A stretch of 64,000 nt of DNA from Thainema sp. (GCA_052168235.1 JBQLZK010000010.1:32001-96000); one strand, 5' to 3'. Shown: positions 37,401 through 47,484, counted from the first letter of the stretch. The notes: generated from the sequence alone by a model not told the origin. A program made the numbers and translations.

Positions 37401-37692
37401 AATCGTTACAAATCTGAAAGACCTTACTGGCAGTATAGGCTGATTCCGAGGCAATGGAATTGCCTACAACACTCCACCCTTTTGTCTTACAAAAATCCAG
37501 TCTCAGACACAGAACCATGTAGAACTGCATACGCGTGAGTCTTCCATTCTGTATTCGACACGAATCTTGGGCTGCGCTACATAACAATCAAGATAAATTC
37601 TGCTAGTTATGTAACAGTTTGGTTAAAAGTAATCAGTTATGCAATTTAATCGATTATTGTATAAGAGTACACAAAAAAGTTCGAGGAAAACC

Positions 37693-38190
37693 TTGAGCAA
37701 GAGAATTACAATCGCTGTTCCAGAGTCACTCTTCGAACGACTCCAACCGATTAAAACTCAACTCAACATTTCTGCAATTTGCCAGGAGGCAATTGATATG
37801 GCCGTTACTTATGAAGAAATCAAGCAGCAATTCGCAGCCGATGAATGCTTAGTTGAACGTCTACGCACCGAAAAACAGGTTTTGCTGAAGAAGGTGCAGC
37901 AAGAGGGGTATGAGCTTGGAATTCGCTCCGCATCCAAGCTGTCCTACAAAGACTTTCAGCATTTTGTCCGCGTTCGTCCACTCGCGGCGTCCTTAGATGA
38001 AGACGTGCTGGACTATCTCTGGACGTATCTCGACACACGCGGATATCCAGAGGAAGCTCGCATTCATGATCCCGATTTTGCTCACCTGCTCGAAGTTAGC
38101 CCCGAAAGCCGCATTCTCTTCAGTCAAGGCTGGATTGACGGTGTGCTGTCCATTTGGGAAGTGATTCGAGATCAAGTCGATAGCGAATAA
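37693..38190 (+). CDS. Hypothetical protein with N-terminal ribbon-helix-helix-like segment
   Basis: TTG start after GAGG. KRITIAVPESLFERL...LNISAICQEAI resembles CcdA/CopG-type RHH domains, followed by a coiled coil and a helical domain. Confidence 0.7.
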   Translation: MSKRITIAVPESLFERLQPIKTQLNISAICQEAIDMAVTYEEIKQQFAADECLVERLRTEKQVLLKKVQQEGYELGIRSASKLSYKDFQHFVRVRPLAASLDEDVLDYLWTYLDTRGYPEEARIHDPDFAHLLEVSPESRILFSQGWIDGVLSIWEVIRDQVDSE

Positions 38191-38255
38191 TAGTCAAACA
38201 ATAATGCTCAGTGGGTAGTGAACTGATAGTGAGCTAAACAATTGATTTGGTGTAG

Positions 38256-38285
38256 GAGCGATCGCAAGTTGCGATCGCTCTTTCT
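38256..38285 (+). terminator. Hairpin made of two HIP1 sites followed by a T-rich tract
   Basis: GAGCGATCGCAA-g-TTGCGATCGCTC-TTTCT. Confidence 0.55.
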
Positions 38286-38355
38286 TATTACCCTTTCTTA
38301 CTAACGTTCTTATTTACCCTTTCTGATCGCTTTTTCTGATCTAATTTCCAAATCG

Positions 38356-39237
38356 CTACACCTTACCCTTCAGTTCCAGCAGCGCATCATAAAACAGCGG
38401 CGGATCGAATCCCAGCGCCAAGGCTTTGCGGCTATCCATCGTCGCGTCGTTGGGGCGGGGAGCCGATAAATTGACATCAGCGTGGGTGCAGGGGTGCAGC
38501 GTCGCGTCCGGCAAATCCAGCGCCTGCACCATTTGCAGCCCCATTTCATAGCGCGAAAGCCGTTCTCGGCTGCCCAGGTGTAAAATTCCGGTCACGGCTC
38601 GATCCAGCACCATCAGTAAGCCCTCTGCCGTCACCGTCGCACTAACGGGAGAGCGGAACTCATCAGTAAATAAATTCAACGGTCGGCCCTCGCGCAGCGT
38701 TTGCACAAAGGACTGTAGAAAGCAGTCGGCGGTAGGCGTTGCGGCTCCAAACAGGAGCGGCAGGCGACAAATAGTAGCCCCTGGATAGCGTTCTAGAATC
38801 TTCTGCTCGGCCTCCACTTTTTGCTGACCATAAACACTGATCGGACTAGGCGGATCGGTTTCTCGATAGGGCGCGTGATTGCCATCAAACACCAAATCCG
38901 TCGAGGTAAACAGCAACGGAATCTGCGCTTGGGTACACCAATCGACCAGAATCAGCGTCGCGGTTACGTTGACCGCATAGGCCACTTCTGGATGTTGCTG
39001 GCACTGGTTCACCTTCGACCAAGCGGCAGCATGAATCACAGCATCCGGGCCAATGCGAGCCAGTGTTTGTTGCACCATATTGCGATCGCACAAATTGAGC
39101 TGCACCATCTCCACCTGCGGCCAGCGAACCGGCTGATGATGATACGTACCGACCACCTGCCAACCCCGCTCAGGTGCGATCGCGCATAAATGCCCACCCA
39201 AAAATCCGCTCGCCCCTGTCACCAATAGTTTCTTCAT
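38356..39237 (-). CDS. RmlD-like (dTDP-4-dehydrorhamnose reductase family) SDR oxidoreductase
   Basis: Motifs TGASGFLG, HAAA, STDLVFDG, YGQQK and DEFRSP. Confidence 0.9.
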   Translation of the reverse strand: MKKLLVTGASGFLGGHLCAIAPERGWQVVGTYHHQPVRWPQVEMVQLNLCDRNMVQQTLARIGPDAVIHAAAWSKVNQCQQHPEVAYAVNVTATLILVDWCTQAQIPLLFTSTDLVFDGNHAPYRETDPPSPISVYGQQKVEAEQKILERYPGATICRLPLLFGAATPTADCFLQSFVQTLREGRPLNLFTDEFRSPVSATVTAEGLLMVLDRAVTGILHLGSRERLSRYEMGLQMVQALDLPDATLHPCTHADVNLSAPRPNDATMDSRKALALGFDPPLFYDALLELKGKV

Positions 39238-39356
39238 CCCATCCGATCCAGGTTATTTTTGTGAAAGTAGTCGCATATAGCCTGTAGTCTTCGTTATTGT
39301 ATAGCGCCCGATTTCAGAACATATACAGCCTTCTTCCACCCTCCCTTTCCTCGTCC

Positions 39357-40727
39357 ATGCACGATCCCAACTCGCAAAATCCACCGCCCGATTCGCTTAA
39401 TCCTGAAACTGCCGATGCCGATGACTTTCGCTGGTCGGAAGATACTCGTTGGCCCAATGGCGTTACGCCGCTATCGTCGAGTCCTCCCCCCCTGCCGACC
39501 GATCAGACTCATACCCATGTCGATGATGAGGATCTCAACCCTGAAGCCCTTGCCGAACGGCAGCGACTAGCAGCGCTGCAAGCAAATGGAACTGTGCCCA
39601 TGGATGCGTTAGAAGTCACTCGGTTAGTCATCAAGCGGTTTCCCAGTGTTCTCATCCTGTTTACGACGCTGTTCATGCTGTTGGGCTGGTCGCTCAATTT
39701 AAACGCGGTTACGCTGCTGGGGGCGCTGATCACCTTTGGACTATCGCTACGGCTGATCTGGCCCAATATTCAAGCACTGACGAAGGATTTATCTTCACAG
39801 CAAAAAGCTTTGATTGTAGGTTTGCCTGGACTTGCGATCGCACTGGTGGGGCTGATGCAGGCATTTGGCATTATTCGCTGGCTGTTTCAGGTCGGGGATC
39901 AACTGCGTTGGGATGTCATCGGCGCACTGGGTGATTTCTTTGGTGCTTTTGGTCAAATTCTGATTGCGGTTCTAGCGGTCTACGTAGCGTGGCGACAGTA
40001 CATCATTGAGCGTGACCTGACCACGCAGCAAAACTTGATTACGCAACAGCAGACGATTGACTCCTACTTTCAAGGCGTTTCTGATCTGGTGTTAGACGAT
40101 GAGGGGCTACTGGAAGACTGGCCGCAGGAACGTGCGATCGCAGAAGGACGCACCGCCGCCATCCTCAGTAGCATCAATGCCGAGGGCAAAGCCAAAGTGA
40201 TTCGCTTTCTCTCCCAGTCGCGCCTTCTCACGCCACTCCAGCGCGATCGCCATTTGGGACGCCCCATTCTGGATGGCACAGGCGGTTATGCAGAAGACCG
40301 GGTGCATGGCGTGCGGGTGATTGATTTGGGCGTGATGCTGGCCAACTCTGACCTGTCCGGCACAGACCTCCGCTGGACGGATTTGAGCGATGTCAATCTC
40401 GTGCGGTCTAATTTGAGCAACTGCGATTTGGTACGGATCAATTTTGCTCGCGCTATCCTCTACGAAGCCAAGCTCGTCCAGGCTGATTTAATGGGGGCGC
40501 AACTCTTTTACGGCGATGTAGAAAGCGCGAGTCCGCGATCGCGCATTGACCCACCCAACTACCAAACGGGCGAAAACACAGGCGCAGTCGTCGAAGGTGC
40601 CGATTTCACCAACGTACACCGCATGACCGAAGATCAGCGCTACTACTGCTGCTGCTGGGGCGGCAGCAAAACCCGCAGCACCATCCCCGGCGGCTGCGGC
40701 GACATCCCCAATAAACTCGGACGCTAG
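39357..40727 (+). CDS. Membrane protein with pentapeptide repeats
   Basis: About 4 TM helices; QQTIDSYFQGVSDL segment; C-terminal SDLSG/TDLRW/TDLSD/VNLVR pentapeptides. Confidence 0.88.
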   Translation: MHDPNSQNPPPDSLNPETADADDFRWSEDTRWPNGVTPLSSSPPPLPTDQTHTHVDDEDLNPEALAERQRLAALQANGTVPMDALEVTRLVIKRFPSVLILFTTLFMLLGWSLNLNAVTLLGALITFGLSLRLIWPNIQALTKDLSSQQKALIVGLPGLAIALVGLMQAFGIIRWLFQVGDQLRWDVIGALGDFFGAFGQILIAVLAVYVAWRQYIIERDLTTQQNLITQQQTIDSYFQGVSDLVLDDEGLLEDWPQERAIAEGRTAAILSSINAEGKAKVIRFLSQSRLLTPLQRDRHLGRPILDGTGGYAEDRVHGVRVIDLGVMLANSDLSGTDLRWTDLSDVNLVRSNLSNCDLVRINFARAILYEAKLVQADLMGAQLFYGDVESASPRSRIDPPNYQTGENTGAVVEGADFTNVHRMTEDQRYYCCCWGGSKTRSTIPGGCGDIPNKLGR

Positions 40728-40757
40728 CAGCCCCAAGTAGTCATCCCCAAACGTTCC

Positions 40758-40824
40758 GTAAGGGCGGGTTTCGTTGATCCGTTTTGATTTCAGGCCGTAA
40801 CGTATTAGCTAAACCCGCCCCTAC
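40758..40824. repeat. 67-bp REP-like element (third copy)
   Basis: GTAAGGGCGGGTTTCG...CTAAACCCGCCCCTAC; ends match the reverse complement of the 16243 copy. Confidence 0.8.
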
Positions 40825-40833
40825 AGATGCCCA

Positions 40834-40870
40834 TCTAAAATCCAAAATCGCAAATCCAAAATCCAAAATC
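40834..40870 (+). repeat. STRR-type heptamer tandem repeat (AAAATCC)n
   Basis: TCTAAAA TCCAAAA TCGCAAA TCCAAAA TCCAAAA TC. Confidence 0.8.
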
Positions 40871-40875
40871 AAACC

Positions 40876-41922
40876 GTGTCCTTATCCTGCCCCATCCCCA
40901 TCCAGCAATACCCTACTGTTCTTCTGGCTCACGGCGGCGGCGGTCGCCTGATGCATCAGCTAATTGACCAAATGTTTCTGTCGGTTTTTGGTCAGCCGAA
41001 ATCCGGTCAGCATGATGCCGCTGTGCTGGCGATGAACTGCGATCGCATTGCTTTCACGACCGATTCCTATGTCGTCAGTCCCCTGATCTTTCCCGGTGGC
41101 GATATTGGCACTCTGGCGGTCAACGGCACGGTCAATGACCTGGCAATGGCCGGAGCCAAACCGCTCTATCTCAGCCTGGGCATGATTTTAGAAGAAGGCT
41201 TGCCGATGGAAACCCTCTGGCAGGTAGTGCAGTCGATTCACAGTGCCACCGAGCAGGCCAATGTCCGCGTCGTCACGGGCGACACCAAGGTCGTCGATCG
41301 GGGTAAAGGGGACGGCATTTTTATTAACACCGCTGGCGTTGGCGTGCTGGAGCATCCGGTCAACATTGCCCCCAATGCCGTGCAGCCGGGAGATGTGGTG
41401 CTGCTGAATGGCGATATCGGTCGCCACGGCATCGCAATTATGGCGCTGCGGGAAGGCTTGGCCTTTGAGTCTACCATCGCCAGCGACACCGCTCCCGTGG
41501 CGCAAGCGGTCGGTCAGATGCTGGATGCCGGAATTGATATCCACTGCCTGCGCGATGCCACCCGTGGCGGGCTGGCCAGTACGCTGAACGAGATTGCGGC
41601 GGCGGCTAACGTTGCCATTACGCTGGATGAATCCGCCATTCCTGTGCAGGATGACGTGCAGGGAGCCTGCGAAATCTTGGGACTCGATCCGCTCTATATT
41701 GCCAACGAAGGCCGCTTTCTCACCTTTGTTCCAGAATCAGATGCGGAACGTGCGATCGCAATTCTCAACGCCGACCAGCAAGCCAAAGGCGAACCACCCA
41801 ACGCCTGCGTTATCGGTCAAGTGACAACAGCCACCAGTCCTCTGGTCACGCTCAAAAATCGCATCGGCACCGAACGCATCCTCGATATGCTCAGTGGCGA
41901 ACAGCTACCGCGCATTTGCTAG
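40876..41922 (+). CDS. hypE: Hydrogenase maturation carbamoyl dehydratase HypE
   Basis: [41 protein letters not shown], and the invariant C-terminal PRIC. Confidence 0.97.
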   Translation: MSLSCPIPIQQYPTVLLAHGGGGRLMHQLIDQMFLSVFGQPKSGQHDAAVLAMNCDRIAFTTDSYVVSPLIFPGGDIGTLAVNGTVNDLAMAGAKPLYLSLGMILEEGLPMETLWQVVQSIHSATEQANVRVVTGDTKVVDRGKGDGIFINTAGVGVLEHPVNIAPNAVQPGDVVLLNGDIGRHGIAIMALREGLAFESTIASDTAPVAQAVGQMLDAGIDIHCLRDATRGGLASTLNEIAAAANVAITLDESAIPVQDDVQGACEILGLDPLYIANEGRFLTFVPESDAERAIAILNADQQAKGEPPNACVIGQVTTATSPLVTLKNRIGTERILDMLSGEQLPRIC

Positions 41923-41956
41923 ATATAGCGTCTTTTACGGAAAAGGAAACCTAGCA

Positions 41957-42646
41957 CTACTGCATATGGTGAACTCGGAGAGTCAGTCCGGATATCTGCA
42001 CGTCCGAAATCGTCATTGTCTGCACTGGGTTCATCAAATGCTGAATTGCCGCATCCGTCATCAAGATTTCATTATGCTCCGCCAGATCTTCACCCAGCTT
42101 GGACGCTCGATTGACCGTGTTGCCGTATAGTTCTCGCCGTTCGATCAGCAAAACATCGCCGTAATCAATGCCAATGCTGACGCTGATGGCCTGGGTCTGG
42201 AGATAATTTCGCAAATGTGTCGCAGCAGCGAGAGCGTGATCAGGCGTTGCAAACACCATATAGAGGTTATCGGCATCGGCTTTTACTAAAATGCCCTGGT
42301 GCTCTTCAATAATCGGTCGGGTGCGCGATCGCATTTGCTCAATTTGAGCCAGCGCAGCAATAATGCCTTCATTCTGCGTTTGACTAGAAAATCCAGCCAT
42401 ATCAACCACCATCACCGCCAGCGTTTGGTTGAACAGCGTGCGGATTTGGGCATCAATCTCTGCCGCCCGTTCAGGTTGCAGGACGCGCTCTTGCAAAAGC
42501 TGGCGCAGAGTTTCCTCAGTGGCAGGCATAATCAGGCAATCAGAAGGTTCAATCCCTTGTACAGCATCTTGAGCATCAACTGGTAGCGTTGCTGCACCCA
42601 TCAGCAAGCTAGAAGCAATCGCTGCAAGCAATAAGCTCTTCGGCAT
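41957..42646 (-). CDS. Class III adenylate/guanylate cyclase-domain protein with predicted signal peptide
   Basis: Motifs VVDMAGFS, VKADADN, SIGIDYG and YGNTVNRASKLGED. N-terminus MPKSLLLAAIASSLLMGAATLPVDA|QD. Confidence 0.85.
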   Translation of the reverse strand: MPKSLLLAAIASSLLMGAATLPVDAQDAVQGIEPSDCLIMPATEETLRQLLQERVLQPERAAEIDAQIRTLFNQTLAVMVVDMAGFSSQTQNEGIIAALAQIEQMRSRTRPIIEEHQGILVKADADNLYMVFATPDHALAAATHLRNYLQTQAISVSIGIDYGDVLLIERRELYGNTVNRASKLGEDLAEHNEILMTDAAIQHLMNPVQTMTISDVQISGLTLRVHHMQ

Positions 42647-42879
42647 GACGATTTTCAGGACTCACAGGACTCGATATTGTCTCCAGAGTGCCCAGCTTCC
42701 TACGCAGGGTTACTCCCCCCTTGACATATCGCTTTAAATGTAGCTCGTAGTTTATACCAGTTCTATTCTTAACTATCAACTCCTTCCTCCATCCCCCAGC
42801 CAAATCCTTCCTTAACCAGACCCACTCCCCCCCAAATGATGATGTAATAAGGTGAACAGCCCACACAGAATCCTTTGTA

Positions 42880-43698
42880 ATGACCGATTTTTGGACAGCC
42901 GTACTCAATTTTGCCCAATCGACCACTGAAACCGTAGGCCAGCAGTTACTGCAAGACTTTGGTCACGCCAGCGCCGAAGAGAAAGCCGATGGCAGCCTTG
43001 TCACCCGTTCTGACCAATGGGCCGATACAACCATCCGAGATGCGATCGCAACTACATTTCCCGATCACGGCATTCTCAGCGAAGAAGGCACGCACGTTTT
43101 TCCCGATCAGGACTGGTGCTGGATTATTGATCCAATTGACGGCACAACCAACTTCACTCGCGGCGTACCGCTCTGGGGCATTTCGTTAGGACTGCTCTAT
43201 CGCGGAACACCCGTATTTGGCTATGTGTCTCTGCCACCAATTCGACAGGCATTTCACGGCTACTGGCTCACAGGTTCAGGTTTAGAAGGGCCATCCGGCG
43301 CTTATCTCAACGGTCAGCCAATTCGCACCAGCACCGATGAACCGTCTAGCAATCATTTCTTTAGTCTCTGTGCCCGCAGCACATTGGTTATGCGCGAACC
43401 AGATTTTCCCTGCAAAATTCGGATGCTGGGTGTCGCAACGTATAACCTGCTCACAGTGGCCGCAGGTATTGCCCTAGGCGGCATAGAGGCAACTCCAAAA
43501 ATCTGGGATATTGCAGCCATCTGGGTGATCGTGCAGGCAGCGGGCGGTGTCTGGATACCTCTGGAATCGCAACCAATCTTTCCGCTGCGGGTCGGTGAGA
43601 GCTACGGCAAACGCCCCTATCCAACCCTAGTAACAGCCCGCGCCGATTTAATTCCCGCATTTGAACCCCACGTAAAATTCTTAGGCCGCTGGAACTAA
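42880..43698 (+). CDS. Inositol monophosphatase family protein
   Basis: Motifs SLVT, SEE, WIIDPIDGTTNF and WDIAA. Confidence 0.93.
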   Translation: MTDFWTAVLNFAQSTTETVGQQLLQDFGHASAEEKADGSLVTRSDQWADTTIRDAIATTFPDHGILSEEGTHVFPDQDWCWIIDPIDGTTNFTRGVPLWGISLGLLYRGTPVFGYVSLPPIRQAFHGYWLTGSGLEGPSGAYLNGQPIRTSTDEPSSNHFFSLCARSTLVMREPDFPCKIRMLGVATYNLLTVAAGIALGGIEATPKIWDIAAIWVIVQAAGGVWIPLESQPIFPLRVGESYGKRPYPTLVTARADLIPAFEPHVKFLGRWN

Positions 43699-43752
43699 AT
43701 TCAGCTCCCCAAAACCCTCTCACTCCCTTACTCTCCTACTCTCCCACTCCTC

Positions 43753-44187
43753 TCACCCAACCAACAGCGCCGCTCGAATCCCGTTAAAGCACCGCCGATG
43801 ATCCTCGTGATACTGTTGGGCAACGCGAGCGGCTGCGATGGGTAGATTGTGCAGGCAACAGACTTCAATTGTCATGTTGAAGTTATCTGCACCTTTGCTA
43901 AAGAAAATAGGATAGTAGAGCCGTAAACCGTACCAACTGACGGGTTGACTCAAAATGACGTACTGCTCTTTGGCATTGAAGTCTTCGATATCATAATTGG
44001 ATGCCTGAGCGAACTGCACAATACGCTTCAGGACATCACGCTCAGCCATGCGGGTTTCAAACAACAACGGCTTCGTCACTGAGCGAGCATCGCTTTTCAG
44101 CAGCTCAATACTCATGACTTTGGGACGAGTCACTATCCCCAATGTCACACACATAAGCGCTAATACCAGTGCGATCGCAAATCCCAT
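43753..44187 (-). CDS. Hypothetical protein with N-terminal membrane anchor
   Basis: 144-aa ORF with ATG start and hydrophobic N-terminus, filling the gap between the IMPase and VWA genes. Confidence 0.6.
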   Translation of the reverse strand: MGFAIALVLALMCVTLGIVTRPKVMSIELLKSDARSVTKPLLFETRMAERDVLKRIVQFAQASNYDIEDFNAKEQYVILSQPVSWYGLRLYYPIFFSKGADNFNMTIEVCCLHNLPIAAARVAQQYHEDHRRCFNGIRAALLVG

Positions 44188-44297
44188 AGGCTGGCTTTTA
44201 AGCCGATGTTTATAGCCAATATGATGCGCCCTTATTGTATAGCGTCCATTATTGCGGTGAATTCAAATCAAATATAGCGATAGTCATATCTAGGACA

Positions 44298-44391
44298 TTT
44301 TTGTAGCAGCGGCTCCGCTGCCGCTACAAAAACGTCTGTGTTCTAATGGGTTTGGGCAGAATTTACGCGAGACGTAAATTCTGTCCAAACT
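44298..44391. terminator. Two tandem hairpins downstream of the VWA gene
   Basis: TTTTGTAGCAGCGG...CCGCTGCCGCTACAAAA, and GTTTGGGCAGAATTTACG-cgaga-CGTAAATTCTGTCCAAAC. Confidence 0.6.
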
Positions 44392-44407
44392 GATCTTCAG
44401 ATCGGGA

Positions 44408-46183
44408 TTACAGGCTGGTTTGGAAGATGCCCTTCAGCAAATCCTGCACGTTTTCAGGTGATCCCTGCTGCACGGTTGATTCCCGTAAACTGGCGATTTC
44501 CTGGAGTTCTTGCTGATTCACATCGCCATAGGCAATCGGATAAACGCGCACCCCGGCATGGGTGATGATACTTTGCACGTCGTTGAAGTTGAAGCCTTCA
44601 TTTGCCTCGCCATCAGTCAACAGCAGCAGATAAAAGCGACCATTAGGATCGGTTGCTTGAGCTTCTAGCAGATCAGACATTGCTACCATCGCCGCGTCGT
44701 ACATCGCCGTGCGGCCATCGGGCGTCAAGCTATCGATCGCAGCCAAGAAACGGCGATGCTGATCGTCATCAAATGGGGCAAGCGGCAGCTTCCGAAATGT
44801 GCGATCGCCAAATGTCACCATGCCAACGTAATTGCCCGGATTGATGTAGCTGCTGGCAATTTGTAGGCCGTCTTTTACCGCAGCAATCGGCTCACCCACC
44901 ATCGAACCACTGGTATCCACGACCAGCATCATATAAACCGTGCGTCCGCCATCCTTACGCAGTTTCCAGTAAGACTGGGCCGCCTGTAGCACTTCACCAT
45001 TAGGTGTAGGTGGTAGATTCGCCGCTTGTAAATAATCGGTAGCTTCAAAACCCTGCTGCTGGGCCAATTGCTGCATTTCTGATGAGGTGGCAAAATCACC
45101 AAACTGTTGCATCGCCTCTTGTTCTTCTGGCGTATTCCAGCTAAAGCCAACCAGCGGATTGTTATGCGGAATGCCAAACGGGACAAAGTGAACCGACTCA
45201 AACCCCGGTAGCTGCGTGAGGGACTGGAAGTTCTGATATTCCAGCGGAAATGCTTCTAGAACCTGCTGATCGCGAATGAAGATTTCCTGCAAATCCAAGG
45301 TCGTGATAGCGGTCAGAACCACCTGATCCTGAAAGGCTGAAAAGACAGAGTTGACCTGGGGCGATTCGAGGTCAGCAACCGTCAGCGCTTGCCCGTCTTC
45401 GTTATGGCCCGCGGCTCGCCAAAATAGCGTATACAGCAGATTGAGTGCAGTTGAACTGGAGTAGGGATTAGGATAGCCGATGCTTAAATCACCCGAAAGA
45501 ATCTGAGTTAGAATAGCTTCAAAATCCACATTTCCGGCGGCGGCCAACTCTTGATAGGCGGCATCCGCAACCACCCAGCCCGCCACGTTCGGCACTAATC
45601 GTGCTGCAACGGTTTGAGTTTCAACCCCACCGTTTTGAATGGCAGAAATCCATAAATCATTGGAGGGTGAATAGCCTTCTGGCTGGACGTTTCCTTCGGT
45701 CAGCAGCCGCGCCGCAACCCCAGAGGCAACCTGACGGACGCCAACCTGGATGCGCTTGCCGGAAGCAGTCGTGGCGTTTTGGTTGTTGAATGTCTGGGCT
45801 ACTTCAACCAGCCAGCGCTCATTCTGCTTATCGACGTTCGCTTTTTCAGATGAGCTGTAAATTTCGATGTAAACCGTGTCTGGATCGTTGGTCGGCTGCG
45901 CCCCATAGATGGGGAACTCCTCGACATTGGGCAACGGTTCAACGATGCCGTCAGTAGCGTATCGGGCAGCTACGCCATCGGGAATATAAGCCTCTTCGAT
46001 CGCAATCCGTGGCAGCAGGCTTTCCTGTAGTGCCTGAGCCGCGCTTTCAGGCGAGTCTACGTTGGTAACAGTGCCGCCGCACGACCAGAGGAGGGTTAAG
46101 CTAAACCCTGTAATGCACCATAGCCAAAAGCGCGATCGCAGTTGTCCCAAAACACTCGGTAAGCGTCGAATCCAGAAGTTCAT
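44408..46183 (-). CDS. Lipoprotein: solute-binding-protein-like domain plus C-terminal VWA domain
   Basis: Lipobox LLWSC; SSSEK, PSNDLW and NPYSSSTALN SBP-like segments; MIDAS motif DTSGSM...TAMYDA...LLTDG. Confidence 0.88.
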   Translation of the reverse strand: MNFWIRRLPSVLGQLRSRFWLWCITGFSLTLLWSCGGTVTNVDSPESAAQALQESLLPRIAIEEAYIPDGVAARYATDGIVEPLPNVEEFPIYGAQPTNDPDTVYIEIYSSSEKANVDKQNERWLVEVAQTFNNQNATTASGKRIQVGVRQVASGVAARLLTEGNVQPEGYSPSNDLWISAIQNGGVETQTVAARLVPNVAGWVVADAAYQELAAAGNVDFEAILTQILSGDLSIGYPNPYSSSTALNLLYTLFWRAAGHNEDGQALTVADLESPQVNSVFSAFQDQVVLTAITTLDLQEIFIRDQQVLEAFPLEYQNFQSLTQLPGFESVHFVPFGIPHNNPLVGFSWNTPEEQEAMQQFGDFATSSEMQQLAQQQGFEATDYLQAANLPPTPNGEVLQAAQSYWKLRKDGGRTVYMMLVVDTSGSMVGEPIAAVKDGLQIASSYINPGNYVGMVTFGDRTFRKLPLAPFDDDQHRRFLAAIDSLTPDGRTAMYDAAMVAMSDLLEAQATDPNGRFYLLLLTDGEANEGFNFNDVQSIITHAGVRVYPIAYGDVNQQELQEIASLRESTVQQGSPENVQDLLKGIFQTSL

Positions 46184-46504
46184 GAGCTATTCCGTCAATC
46201 GGTTCCAATAAGTCTCCAGTTTTTTCTCTGAAAAGTTTGTAGTGTATTCTTTCTAGAGAATTGATCATGGATTTCATCAAACTTGAGCATTAAACGTAGA
46301 TTACCCATATGCCTCAGTGAATAACGCGGCACAGATATTTCTTGATATTTAATTTCCGTCGATTTGCTGAGGGCACCACATGTTACATCGGGCACACTAT
46401 AGATATACGAAAGGATTCTTTCAGTCCACACAAACTGCAGTTTACTTCACACCCACGAGGCTCTTATCCGCAAACCTCGTGGGTCAGGCTTTTTATTTAG
46501 TACA

Positions 46505-46541
46505 AAATGGGAGGGGTGCACACTGCGTACCCCTCCCATTT
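46505..46541 (-). terminator. Intrinsic terminator after the alpha/beta hydrolase gene
   Basis: AAATGGGAGGGGT...ACCCCTCCCATTT hairpin. Confidence 0.65.
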
Positions 46542-46571
46542 CACGCAATATAAAACGGTCTCAGCAAATAA

Positions 46572-47441
46572 CTACGACACCAGTGCAGGGGATAAAAACT
46601 CTTGTACAACCTGCAAATAGCGATCGCGATCTTCCAGCATCGGAAAATGAGACGTATTGGGAATCACAACTTGCGTCACCTGATCACTTAGCTCGGCTGC
46701 ATTCCGCCCCATCTCAGCCGGAATAATTTTGTCATACTGACCTGATACGAGCAGCGTCGGTACAGTTAGGCGGCGAAACTCTTTCGGCATGACTAGCGCC
46801 GCATTTTCGCTGACAGCGGTGTAGATCGTTCCCATAGCCGCTTTATAGTCAGCCATCAGATAATCTTCCATAAAGGCCCGCTGCATCGCACCTGGAATTG
46901 ATTGCTTCAAAAAGCGAGCCATAAAAATGCGAGGCATAAACGGGATTTTGGCCAACCAATTGGGCCGAAATCGCACAATGTAGCCGCTGAGCCAATGGAA
47001 AGCCTCAAAAGATTGTTTGTCGTACTCAAAAATGCCGTTGCAGGTCAAAATCGCTCGTCGAACCCGCTCTGAATAGCGATTCAAGAAATAAACGGCGATT
47101 GAGGCTCCAGTTGAGTGAGCATTGAGAAAAATGGGCTGTTCAATCTCCAGCGTATCGAGCAACACGGCTAGATCGTGGGCATAGCTTTCTAACTCCCAAT
47201 TCAGGTTAGAAATTTGCTCCTCTTCCTTCGGCTCTTCCTTAGGCAAGGATGTGCGACCAAACCCCCGCAGGTCATACAGTAAGCAATCAAACTGATCAGC
47301 CTGCGCTTTAGCAACTTCTTCCCAGTAGCGAGCAGAACCTGCCCAGCCATGCATAAAAACCATGACGGGCTTTTTTGCCGATTCATCTGCCAAGATCCAT
47401 TCGTAGTAATGGCTAACGCCATTCACCAACGCATAGGGCAT
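46572..47441 (-). CDS. Alpha/beta fold hydrolase
   Basis: HGWAGS, YDLRGFG, AHSTG nucleophile, GQYD, SHFPMLE. Confidence 0.92.
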   Translation of the reverse strand: MPYALVNGVSHYYEWILADESAKKPVMVFMHGWAGSARYWEEVAKAQADQFDCLLYDLRGFGRTSLPKEEPKEEEQISNLNWELESYAHDLAVLLDTLEIEQPIFLNAHSTGASIAVYFLNRYSERVRRAILTCNGIFEYDKQSFEAFHWLSGYIVRFRPNWLAKIPFMPRIFMARFLKQSIPGAMQRAFMEDYLMADYKAAMGTIYTAVSENAALVMPKEFRRLTVPTLLVSGQYDKIIPAEMGRNAAELSDQVTQVVIPNTSHFPMLEDRDRYLQVVQEFLSPALVS

Positions 47442-47484
47442 AATTAACTCTAGCCAATGAAATTAGTCTAAATGACCGAGAATA

